Of a stretch of 64,000 bases of DNA, positions 50,010 to 61,080 are shown in pieces. Position numbers and translations under genes: made by a program. Where the stretch lies: contig MU004185.1 of the NCBI GenBank assembly GCA_010093605.1, positions 951,334 to 1,015,333 on the forward strand, written 5' to 3'. Position 1 is the first letter of the stretch, and each line of letters starts with the position of its first letter. Source of the stretch: Lophium mytilinum. Taxonomy: Eukaryota. The notes under the pieces were generated by a model. That model searched no databases, was not told the DNA's origin, and saw only the letters and a program-made list of their open reading frames with translations.

Positions 50010-51415
50010 GTCTACTGACGGATGTGACGTAGATGGTACTACCTTTGATTCCGACATATTCAGGATGTTTGGCTAACTAATTGAAGTGCATAGTTTTCGC
50101 CATATTCGGCGCCTTTCGTAAACACACGCTTCTAACAGAAGACGATAGAAACCCAGATACCCTTTATATTGTTGTTCAGCCCAGTACACACCACCGGTAA
50201 TAGTGCTCCAAAGATTCCCATACAAACTTCCCACATGTAGCGTTGCTGTTTCGATATCTTTCAGTCTTTTCTTCTTTTTGCCAAGCGTCCTCTAAGGAAA
50301 CTGTTTCGGCGTCCTCTCTCAATTTGGTGTAGGAAGAGAGAAACTTGCATACCTTGGAGTGATGTGGGGGAACGCACACACAGAAATGCGGACATAGGTT
50401 TTGCGAATGGCGCGGAAGTCTAATACCCATTTCCATCTTCTCGACGCTTGCGAGTACACAAAGCACTTTTGCGGGGAAACCCTTTTTGCTGTTTTTTGTT
50501 TGCTGCCAGAGATACCAGACTGCGAGACCTGTTTCCTATCCGTTGCTTTTCTTTCTCCTCTCTTGTCAATGGAGCTGTCACCTGGAATAGAGGACATGGC
50601 GAAAGTCTCGACCGAACATGGACCCCCAGATGCACCCCACAAGCGCAGAGGCTTTGGGATTGAAGTCACTCGTCTTCTTGGCAATGCTGAGGTGTGGTAA
50701 TGTTTTGGAGGGATTGATGTATTCACGTAGCGTGTTGTGTGTTTGCTGGTCTTGGCCGATAGTTGCTGGTCGGACACATATTCGTAGATGGAATGGCATG
50801 GCGTCAAGCAATTAATGGTGTTTTGATTTGTGGCTTCTTTGTTGTGGATACCTTAGACCTGCTTTATAGCAGACTAATAGTGTAGTTTCGAGACAGTTGC
50901 AGTAACAGTCCTATAGGCAGACTCTAATATACCTCAAGAAATGATTTCCTTTTTATATGTTCATGAGTAGTGAGATTACGTTCGCTTCGGTGCTAGAAGT
51001 CCCCTCCTTTCAAGGTCCCAAGCTGCTCTGGAACCATTGCTGTTCATATGAGAATCGTGGAACTGTATCAACGCCTCGATAGATTACTGATGAGCCATCT
51101 TGAAAACGAGCCATCACGTGATTTGGCGTAACTCTCGTTCATTCTCGCCTTCTAGCATCCATATAAGAGAGAACGGGCCCCAGATTAATAGCAGAGCTCC
51201 CCAAAGTACTAATTGCTTCTCGCCAAGCTAATTGAAAGTATCTACGCAACCCAAAAAGCCCTTAAATAGAACAATCCGAAAGCTCCCCTACGCCAAGACG
51301 GAGCAACCCCATCTCTATCTCCGTCCATCATTCGACCAACACCCTCAAAAGTCAACACCGTCACCACTCCCACGATGCCTCCCCAACCACAACCTCCACC
51401 TCTCCCCCTCCCAAA

Positions 51416-52720
51416 ATGCCGTCCACATCCCACAAACCCCCCATAATGGCCTCTCCAACCACCATAACCCCCCTCCCGCCCCGCCTTCCCGATTCCTCGA
51501 CAAACCCCCCCGCCCACCACATCGGCGCGCCCCCGCGCTCCTTCAAAAACCCCTGGCCCTCCTACGGCTCCCCCGGCGTCAGCGGCGCGCTCAAAGCCCG
51601 CTGGGGCCCGCACCGCAACTTCGTCCCCGTGCCCACCGACACCTCGCAGCTCGTCACCGTGCGGACGGACCCGGACTTCGGCGCGCTGCTCCCCGCCTCC
51701 AGCCTCAAAGCCACCTGGATCGGACACGCCTCTTTCCTCGTCGAGACGCCGATCCAGCCCGGCTCGGCGCGCGGTGTGCGCATACTGCTAGATCCGGTGT
51801 GGAGCCAGAAGGTTGGCCCGTACGGCATGCTCGGGCCGGAGCGCTTCGTGGGCTTGCCGTGCGAGGTTGAGGAGGTAGGGGAGGTGGATGCGGTGCTGAT
51901 TAGTCATGATCATTATGACCACCTGGACTCGCCGACGTTGAGAAGGGTGAGGGAGAGGGGTGAGGGCAGGGTGAGGTTTTTGGTGGGGTTGGGGTTACGG
52001 CATACGCTTGTGGGGCTGGGGGTGGGGATCAGGGCGGACGAGGTGGTGGAGCTGGATTGGTGGGGGGGTGTGAGGGTCGAGGTGGAGGGGGTGGGAGCGG
52101 CCGAGGTCGTGTGTACGCCGGCGCAGCATGGGAGTGGGAGGACGCCGTGGGGGTTTTCTGCGACGCTGTGGTGTAGTTGGGTGATTAGGGAGGTGAAGGG
52201 CAGATCTACTGCTTCTTCTACGGCTTCGACTCTAGAAGATGGGCTGGAGAAGGGGGCGCTGGGGAAGGCGTTGTATTTCACGGGTATGTGCTTGTGCTAT
52301 CGGTTCTGGGGAGCGGATGAAGCTGACATTACGAAAGGGGATACGGGCTATTGCTGCGTCCACTCAGACGCCGAGCTCTCCTCCGCTCAAGCTCCCGTGC
52401 CTCCTTGTCCTGCTTTCACGGAAATAGGCCAGCTGTTTGGACCTTTCGATCTGGCGCTCCTCCCAATCGGCTGCTACCTCCCCCGCTCGTTCATGTCCTC
52501 GCAGCACTCGTCCCCTGACGACTCGATCTCGATACACAAGGATGTGCGGAGTAAGAAGAGTATCGGCATGCATTATGGCACATTCAGGGGTAATCTGAGC
52601 GCGCATCATGAGCCAGTGACCGAGCCACCAATGCGGTGGAAGAAGGCGTGTGAAGAGGCGGGGTTGGAATGGGGGGCGGAGATTGGGTTGTGTGATATTG
52701 GAGAGACGGTGGCTGTATGA
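51416..52720 (+). CDS. Metallo-beta-lactamase-fold hydrolase, NAPE-PLD/Fmp30-like (probable intron 52284-52337)
   Basis: FKNPWPS, TWIGHASFL, ILLDPVWS, ISHDHYDHLD (HxHxDH), PAQH.SGR, LWCSW, spliced YFTG/DTGY, DLALLPIG.Y.PR, MHYGTF. Confidence 0.92.
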   Translation: MPSTSHKPPIMASPTTITPLPPRLPDSSTNPPAHHIGAPPRSFKNPWPSYGSPGVSGALKARWGPHRNFVPVPTDTSQLVTVRTDPDFGALLPASSLKATWIGHASFLVETPIQPGSARGVRILLDPVWSQKVGPYGMLGPERFVGLPCEVEEVGEVDAVLISHDHYDHLDSPTLRRVRERGEGRVRFLVGLGLRHTLVGLGVGIRADEVVELDWWGGVRVEVEGVGAAEVVCTPAQHGSGRTPWGFSATLWCSWVIREVKGRSTASSTASTLEDGLEKGALGKALYFTGMCLCYRFWGADEADITKGDTGYCCVHSDAELSSAQAPVPPCPAFTEIGQLFGPFDLALLPIGCYLPRSFMSSQHSSPDDSISIHKDVRSKKSIGMHYGTFRGNLSAHHEPVTEPPMRWKKACEEAGLEWGAEIGLCDIGETVAV

Positions 52721-53332
52721 GTATAATTTAAGAGCATATCTTCAAGATTTGGCTCATGCAGGTGTTGTTTTGGGCGGATTGGACATGCTTCAGAAACTGA
52801 CAGGTAAATAGAGCTAATTTGGAACGTCGCGCGACTGATAATAGGAAATAAGGGCCAAATCAGCCTCCAGTGTAGGCCGTAGTTGTAATGGTAGGGAGTC
52901 CTCCGACAGGCTTCTCACGCTCGCAACCGATCGTAATCCAAGGCCTGATTTCAAGAGGCACGTCTTCAGGACAACGAAAGGGAGTGAGAATCGTAATAAC
53001 TATCTCCCGCCGATAGTTTTCAGCGGTCTCAACTTTACAGAACCTCAATGGTCAAGTCGAGGCCGTCGCTTTTCAACACATTGCAAGACAGCTAGATTCG
53101 AGTGGGCCAACATTGCACTAATTCTCCGGTCTGAATTTAGAGTGTTAGAAATTTGACATGCTAAATAGGCGTCGATACCAGGCGGACTAACTCCCGTTCG
53201 CAATTTCTCAACACTCAAAACTACCCAAATTCCATAGGCTAATCTAGGACGTCCGGACTTCACGATCGAAACGAAATCAAGAATCAATCCACCAACCTCA
53301 CACCCCTAAAACCTCCTCCCCTTCCAACTCCC

Positions 53333-54031
53333 TCAACCCCCTTTCACAGCCGGTCCCCTCTTCTCACAAAACTGCGGCATCCCTCCAAACCCCTCCCTCA
53401 CCTCCTCCACCTCCAACAACCGCGTATACCACCCCACCGTCTCCGGAAACTCCCCCCTCGCCTCCCCATCCAACATAAACTTAAACGGCCAAAACAACGC
53501 CGAAGCCACGCTCAAATCCGCCAAACTCGGCCCGGCGTTCTGGTTCACCAACCACTTCCTCCCCTTCAAATGCGTTTCCACCCGCCTCACCGCCCTCAAA
53601 TACGCTTCCTCCCCTCTCTCCACAACCCCTGCATCATACGCCGCCGTCCCCATCATCGGCCCCATCACTGCGCCCATATTCGGGAAGATCTCGGAGTCTG
53701 ACAGGCTGATCCACATCTGGATCTCCGCGCGCTCTTCCGGGCTCGAGCCGAGGAGCTGGAGCCGCTTCGGGCCGCTGTCCGCGAGGTAGTGCGCGATTGC
53801 CGTGGCTTCGGAGAGGTAGAAGCCGGTAGCGGTTTCGAGGGCGGGGATTTTGCCCATGGGGAATTTCGCGAGGAAGGCGGGGGTGCGGTTGGTGGTGCCG
53901 AAGATGAAGTCTGGGGGGAGGTGGAGGGGAAGAGAGTTGAGGTGCGCGGCGGCGAGGGCTTTGGTGGTGCGGGCGTGTAGGAAGTTGGGGGTTGTGTAGA
54001 GAGTGGCGAAGGGGGTGGGTGGGGAGGACAT
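53333..54031 (-). CDS. Glutathione S-transferase-fold protein (eEF1B-gamma N-terminal-like, standalone)
   Basis: NRTPAFLAKFPMGKIPALE...LSEATAIAHYLA; EERAEIQMWI; WLV...SLADL; no eEF1G C-terminal domain in the 232 aa. Confidence 0.88.
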   Translation of the reverse strand: MSSPPTPFATLYTTPNFLHARTTKALAAAHLNSLPLHLPPDFIFGTTNRTPAFLAKFPMGKIPALETATGFYLSEATAIAHYLADSGPKRLQLLGSSPEERAEIQMWISLSDSEIFPNMGAVMGPMMGTAAYDAGVVERGEEAYLRAVRRVETHLKGRKWLVNQNAGPSLADLSVASALFWPFKFMLDGEARGEFPETVGWYTRLLEVEEVREGFGGMPQFCEKRGPAVKGG

Positions 54032-54737
54032 TTTTCTTGGGGTATAGTTGTTTTGAGGTTTTTTTTATCGGGGGGGAGGGATGTTGGTAATGGGTTTGAG
54101 GGTGGTCGAGGGAAGATGTTGGTAATTTGTGGCGGCTGTGGTACGCTTATGTATTTAGTTTCCCGCCTTGTCGTGGGGCTATACGGAGCTGCTTTAATAG
54201 CCGTTAGATTTGTAGTCGCGGACATGCTAAATACGATATCCTATCTGCACGATCCCGGTCGTCCTGAAACAGTAGTGCCTGAGGCACTATAACACGGTGA
54301 TTCTAGTTTGGGGGCGTGTAGATCCCCACGTAATTGGATAAGCAGGCGTTACAACCTCATATATTAGGCTTCTCGCTGCCTGAGGGTGAGAAAGTGAGCA
54401 CGAGTGTTTCGAGAAGAATTCGGGCGGCGTGGTTTATAAGCTCGTGTAGCGCCAGTAAGATATTGGGACGCCTTGCGGTTTGTGCGTTGGCATTGGATGT
54501 TGATGCCTGATCGATGGCTGGGGCGAATACGAAACGACCCGATATGAGGGCCTGTTGTCGACAGAACATAAGCCCCCGAGTAAAAGTGCTTGCGAAACTG
54601 ATGATGTTTGATGTATTTCTTCTTGATTGCAGGATAGGGTCATTCGCTCCGGTCGTCATTTGGCTCGTATCTCGTTGATCTCTCATACTGTCATGGACAT
54701 TGAGGGTCTCATGATTTTGCTTCGGCTTCCTCCATAG

Positions 54738-56241
54738 TCAGACCTTGGGAACCATGACTTCCACCATATGCTTTGCTGGGGGATCATGTAGCACGTCCAC
54801 CCAAAGAACAGACTTCAGCGATGATCTGATCTCGTGCCAAGACCTCATACTCTGAAGTGCCTCAACCAGAACAGGCTGGAAATACGCTTGCTCATGCTCG
54901 TTGAAGACACAAATGGAGCCAGTGATATAAAGCCAAACGATTAGCTGCGCCGGTATAGCTTCGGAACTACGCCCGAGCATGGATAGGGCCCTTTTGAGAT
55001 CTTGGGCTAGGCGCTCGAAACGTATCTTGACACCACGCCACTGCAGAAAAAGTGTGCTAGAAAAGGACAATAGTGCAAGGCGTGTGACTTCATTGATAGT
55101 CCCGGTGTTGAAGCGGAGGTTGACGAGACGGTAGTGGATCGAGACCATGACTTCTTGATAGAGTTCACTGTCGATACCGCGATTACATTGCGTTGCGATG
55201 TTGGCAGCTCGTACAAACTCGGAGATGTCATCCCAAATAGAGTGGAGCCGCGTGTCTAGACCATCGAGAAAATACCCAAGGTCAGAGGCGCGTATCGGGA
55301 GATCTAGATCGGAATCTTGGCCCACTGGGGCGGGTCTACATCCTTGTGAGGCAATATAAGAATCCCATGAGACGCCGTCGGAGAAGAAGAGCGGCTGGTG
55401 TCCCGTACTGAGGGCTACTCCAAGGTCCGCACTATTTAGGAGTATTATGAATGCTCATACAGGAGATTTCGATAGGGCTAACTTGCCGGAAAATCTTGGC
55501 TTGTAAACTCCTATTCCACTGGAGCGCCGATATACCCCCTCTCAATAAAACCATCTTATATAGGCCGTTGAGATGGTTCACGGCCGTCTCGAGATCACCG
55601 AGTCCAGTTGCTGCCAAAGTGAGGCCGACGATTACTAAGATAGTGGAATCAGAGGTCGACAGCTCATCATCGCCACTACCCAGGCGCTGTTGGAGGATTG
55701 CAAGGGCTTTTACTAGATGATACAGAGCCATTTTACTGTTTTCTTTCTGCCCGAGGTCAAATCTAAGGTACTCTTTTGCTATAAAGACGGTAAAGTGAAG
55801 ACAAGCTGCGTCACCGCATATAGGTTCTAACCACGATGTCCCAGACCGATGCGATTCCAGGGCAAGCTCAATGGGGAACATTGACCGTTTTACTTTTGGT
55901 GAGTCAGTAAGGAAAATTGTCGAGAACTGGGGCATCAGCTTACGTTCCCAAATGGCCTCGAGCATATCGGGGCTTATCTCCGCCGAGAAAGCTGTAAACG
56001 AGAACAGACCGCCAACATTAGCCGGGACAGAGACGTAAGTTCCCTCTTTTAGAAGCTCTCTATCGTTCGCTTTATCGCCATCAATCCACGACCGGGGCCT
56101 TGTCGGTAACATCTTGCGGTTCTTGCCACGCATAACATGGCTACGGATAAGTTTCCGCTTTTCTTCTACAGACTGCTTCGCTGGAGTGGTAACGATAAAA
56201 GACATTGAAATTCCGGGTGGCGGTAGTTCGCCCATTTTCAT
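54738..56241 (-). CDS. Fungal transcription-factor-like protein (Fungal_trans_2/DUF3468-like; no Cys6 cluster seen); 3 exons, start Met uncertain
   Basis: FIV...RKLIRSHVMRGKN; D.ACLH; H..KAL..LQQRL; SDSTI; H.NGL..MV.LRGG; spliced R/ADLGVAL.TG..P.F; C-terminal LIVWL, W...RS.L..VLW. Confidence 0.75.
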
Positions 56242-56761
56242 AGGCTCTAGCAAGGGTTGCTGGCAGGTATTCCTGAGACTTGGTCAATAGTATCCTCCAA
56301 GAACTGATTGATGCCTTGAATGGGACAAGAGCCTGGAGGAATTGGATGGCCACGACATATGTGTATACATGCGGTAGAGCTGACGTGTGTTTAGATAGGA
56401 CTGGAAGGGAAAGGATGAGAAGAAAGGAAAGGAGAACGGATGGGAACTAGGCTGGGCCCGTGCAGAAGGACGTGCAAAAGGACGTGCAGAATGCCAAGAC
56501 TATACTGTATTCCAAACGCGGTTTAGCGCGAGTCTGATACTATCCCTGCTTTACTACTATACCTAGTATTTTCGATGGGATTTTGATTGCTGGGCCAGCC
56601 CTCAGTAGCTCGTATAAAGGTCTCCGTATGTCTCGTCCTTACCGTGTAGGCTTTGACCTATTGTCGTCCATGCATTCAAAGTCTTTTCTCCATTCAAAAC
56701 AGCTAGACCAATTTCATCTTTGTGCTGGCTGGGAGATTCTTCTTCGCCCTCAATTATCGCG

Positions 56762-57869
56762 ATGTCAGCATCCCTCAATCTTGGGCCTCCTAAGGAGAGC
56801 GCCCGCTCAAGATTTCTCAACTCACAGTTCCGCGCCTCAGTCCAGTGGCCCCCAAAGGACACTAATATCGACGGCAAAGTTGCACTCGTGACCGGTTCCA
56901 GCAGCGGCCTCGGACTCGAAGCTTCTCGCCAGCTCCTATCGCTTGGCTTGTCGAGCCTGATCATCGCCGTGCGGTCAGTAGAAAAAGGCGAGCAAGTTGC
57001 GTCAAGGTTCCGCACCAAATTCCCCGAGGCCAACATCCAGGTCTGGCCCCTCGAGATGGAATCGTACGAATCCATCCAGGCGTTTGCTCGTCGCGCCGAC
57101 ACGGAACTTTCCCGCCTGGACATGGCCATTCTCAATGCCGGTACTCAGATGCTTGAATTCAGCGTAGTCCCTGCCACGGGACACGAGAAATTAGTCCAGG
57201 TCAACTACCTCTCCACCATGCTACTTGCTGTCTTGCTACTGCCGGTCCTCAAGGCGAAGTCACCCGCTGGCGAGCCTGGCCGGCTAACCATCGTCAGCTC
57301 GGGCACAGCTCGCGGTGCCACGATATCAGAGCCCAAGAACGCCCCAGTACTGCCCGTTCTCGACGACGAGTCGCGACCTTGGAGCGCCTTTGAGCGTTAT
57401 GCAGTTAGCAAGCTTTTGGGCCATCTCTTCATTATCAATTTGGAGCGCTATGTCAGCGCTGATGAAGTCGTCGTCAATCTCGCTGATCCGGGGCTGGTCA
57501 GTGGTACGGACTTGCAAAGCGGCGCACCGCTGCTTTGGGCCACTTTCTTCTACTGTTTGAAGGCGGCGATGGGGCGCACGTTGCCTGTGGGAGCTTCGAC
57601 ATATGTCGATGCGGCCGTCGTTAAGGGGAAAGAGTCGCACGGCTGCTATTTGGCGGACTGGAGCATTTCGCCGTAAGCTTCTTCTCCTTTGATTCCTCCC
57701 TTTCCTACGAAGTAGTACAGCGGATCGGCTAAGACTGATTTGACATAGATTTGCCGCATTCATCTACACGCCTGAGGGAGAAGCGATTCGAGAACAACTG
57801 TGGAAGGAGACGATGGCAGAGTTTGAGTTTGCTGGAGTTCAACGGATACTGGACGACTTGGATAAGTGA
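56762..57869 (+). CDS. Short-chain dehydrogenase/reductase (retinol dehydrogenase/WWOX-like); 2 exons
   Basis: VTGSSSGLG, IAVR, LDMAILNAG, QVNYLST, RLTIVSS, YAVSK catalytic YxxxK, DPGL; last exon EQLWKETMAEF...LDK*. Confidence 0.93.
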
Positions 57870-58255
57870 TGTTTTGGAAAAGCAGCGCGGACCAGGGCAG
57901 CCGATGTGGCAGCAGATTCCTGGTCCAATTCTGTTCACCTGCATATATTGTTAGACCCCTAGGACGATTGTTCTTGCACAAAAGGTTGGGGGAACGTGAA
58001 GCTGTGATGGTGACGGAGGATGGAGGAGGTTATATGCGAGGCGCTAGTGACTAATCTGTAACCCATAGTTGATTAGCGCAGGTGATAGAGGCGCTAGCTC
58101 TATTCTGGGAAGGTCAAACATCTTTCACACGACTTCTCGATATCGGAATTGGGCACCTATGGCATGAGATCGACTCAGTCCAGGGCGAAGGGCTCACATG
58201 ATGCTTCAATGGGTTATGATAATCGACTGGGATCTCCAATCTACATTCTCTATTC

Positions 58256-60532
58256 TCAAACCTCGCCTATGTACCACGTACTATCTCTTTCATCGTCTCC
58301 AGTATCCATAGTACTGAATCCGTTCCCCCAGAAGCCGAATCTATTCGTCGTTCGGTACGACCAATCATAGTCCTGTTCGCGCTTAGCCGCATTCTTCACC
58401 TTTCCGCAAAGATTAAAGCTTACCTCCCACCGTGGATTCTCTAGCGCATCAAAGAAGTGCAAACGACTCCCTGGCCACATCATTATAGGGCCGTCTGCCT
58501 TTCCGCCTTTGAACCATGACCTGCATGGCGAGTCCCACGCTGTCCGCTTCAGGTAAAGTTCACGGTGTTGCTTGAAATCGTCGACTGCTGCTTGTCTGGG
58601 CGCAAAGGACTTGACGTCCTCTAGCTGCATCTTGGTGATGATCTTTTCGATGTGACGTGTTATGACCTCAACTGACGAGATGACAGAGCCGTGGCCGTAG
58701 GGGCCGAAAGGTCCCAACATCACTAGAGCAGTAAGGTTAGTGAGGTTTCTCGACAGGAGGCCCGGAAAATGGAAACATACTAAAGTAGTTTGGAAAGTTG
58801 GGTGTCGTCATGCTCAGATAAGTTTGTGCGTGCTCGGCAAAGGCATCCCGCATGTCCAATCCGTTTTGGCCTACAATGGGGTATCTTGGCCGAAAAGAAA
58901 CGTCAAATCCGGTAGCGCAGATAAGCACATCTATTTCATGCTCCACGCCGTCTGCTGTTATAATCCCTTTCTCTGTTATTTCTGTGATACTCGAAAAGCT
59001 TACGTCGCATTTCTCTTCGTCGGCGATGCACTCTAAATACCCATTTCCAGGGGTTGGGCGCTAGGATAGGATTAATACATTTCCTCGACAGAGCCTGGTT
59101 GCCAAATGGACTCACTCTGCAGCCAACTGCAAACTCTTTTGGAACCAACTTGTCGATCAGATGTTGCTTTTCATTTAGTTTACGTGACATTTCCATTCTA
59201 GCAAACTATGGAAGAACGATTAGCAACTCTAGTCCAAAAGCCGCGATTGAAGGAGCGCGAACCTCTAGAGCCTCTAGCTGCTGCGGCGAGCCTTTGATCA
59301 TCTATTCTCTTGTTAATGCCAGATACTCTGGGGAGGGAGCTGGCCACCAACCATAGCAAAGTTTTGATTGACTTCGAGTTCGACAGCCTTCCTATACTTT
59401 AGATATTCATCAGGGTGCTCTGCGAAGTGTTTCTTCTGCTCTTCTGTGTCTATAGTTGTAAGTTTCCTTCGCAATAGGATTCGCGAGGTGGTTCCTTACA
59501 TGTGATGTTCTCTCCGTGTTCTCCGGCGAATTTTGAAGCAAACCCGGAGGTTACCCAGGATGAAGATCGTATGAAACACTTCATTTTCTTTATTTCTAGA
59601 TTACTATTATCAGATAGCTACTTACAGTGAGGTAAGATCTGCAAACTTACTTGGGAAAATGGCTGGTATTACTTGAACAGCGCTGCTACCATTTCCTATT
59701 ACACCCACAGTCTTGTTCGTCAGGTCGATTGAATTGTTCCATGCAGAGGTATGAATTCGCCTTTTGAACTTCTCTACTCCCGGAACGGCTGGCCATTTCC
59801 AGTGGCTAATAGCCGTGGTTAGCGCACGTCTTCAAGGGTTACCGAAATCCATGGAGAAACATACTTGAGGACTCCAGTTGCGTTGATTAAGATGTTGGCT
59901 GTGTCTTCGAACGTGTCGTCGACGTTGTCGCCTCGCTGGACCTCGATCTTCCATTCGCCGAGATCCTCATTCCACCAAGCGCCAACAACTCGGTGATTGA
60001 GTTTGCAAAACTCACCGAGCGAATGTGTTGCGACGACATCTTTGAAGTAAGCCAGTATCTCCTGCGATTTCGCGTAGCTGCCTCAAAGTTAGTTCTTGCG
60101 TCATTTTGATAATGGGACGTAGCTGAGCACTTACTACGTAGTCCAGTCAGGCTTCACGTGCCATGAGTATGTATAATTTACCGCAGGCTTCACGAGACGT
60201 CAGTAGTCTATACAACAGACCCTAAAAAGGGCGGGACTTGAGCTCACAATGTCGCAAGCGCAGCCCGGATACGTGTTTTCGTACCAAGTGCCTCCGATTT
60301 CTGGGTTCTTCTCGTAGCACTGCAAGCTGACATTGCCTTCTTTGATGCGTGGGCTGAGCTTATGGGCGATGTTGATGGCCGAAGCTCCAAAACCAATGCA
60401 AACGACTTTTATTGGCCGCCGCGAGCCCAGTGGTTTGTCCTCGATAGAATATCCGCGCGCATCGGTGGTGGGAATGGCCTTTGCCTGCGCCTTGATCTCC
60501 TCAATGAGCGCTTGGGTTGCTGAAATGGCCAT
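58256..60532 (-). CDS. Flavin-containing (Baeyer-Villiger type, StcW-like) monooxygenase A; about 11 exons
   Basis: GFGASA; GGTWYENTYPGCACDI/P..NYTYS; ATGVLN.WKWP; VIGNGSSAVQ; VGCR/RPTPG.GYL; ATGFDVSF.P; C.SWFKGG; WPGS.LH. Ten GT-AG introns give an open frame by eye. Confidence 0.92.
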
Positions 60533-61080
60533 GATTCCGCTGAGAAAGCACTAGACTGTACCGTTCTGCACCGCGGGTGCCCGTGGTCTTTAGAAGCACC
60601 ATTTCGACCACTGCTTGCTGTCTCGTGCAGCTGCCTCGCGATGGCTGCAAGCGGACACGGTAGCTTTACCCGGCGCTCACGTGACGTCGGCCGACAAAGT
60701 CCTATCGGCGTCGTGCTCGCGAACGAACCGGATAGACTTCCGAGCGACTCGATGTGCTGGCGGCAAAGGCCGAGGGGCGTCGATCAGTGCATGGGTACCC
60801 CAGAACCCCTGATTTCCCCACAGCGATCGGATAACCCCGACGACATGTATCCTGCACGGGAACACCGTTGGCGTGTCCCTCACCCCATGGGGTTGGGATC
60901 ACGAGCGACGCCGGCGTGGGAAGATCTATTCCGGTTATCCTTCATCCGAATGACTTATACGGCAACCATGGGAACGATTTCGGGGCGAGACGCGGCGCAC
61001 AATAAGCTTTACGAGAACGACTGACCTCTTTTGTCTCAATACGATAGTATCATTGCTAGAGAAGATACCCCTAGATCACC

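Noticed and set aside
47075..50057. Long antisense ORFs (331 aa, 250 aa) over the Msb1-like gene
   Set aside because: Typical antisense shadows of a GC-rich coding region.
52860..53287. Two abutting minus-strand ORFs resembling a frameshifted relic
   Set aside because: Non-ATG starts, short and no recognisable homology.
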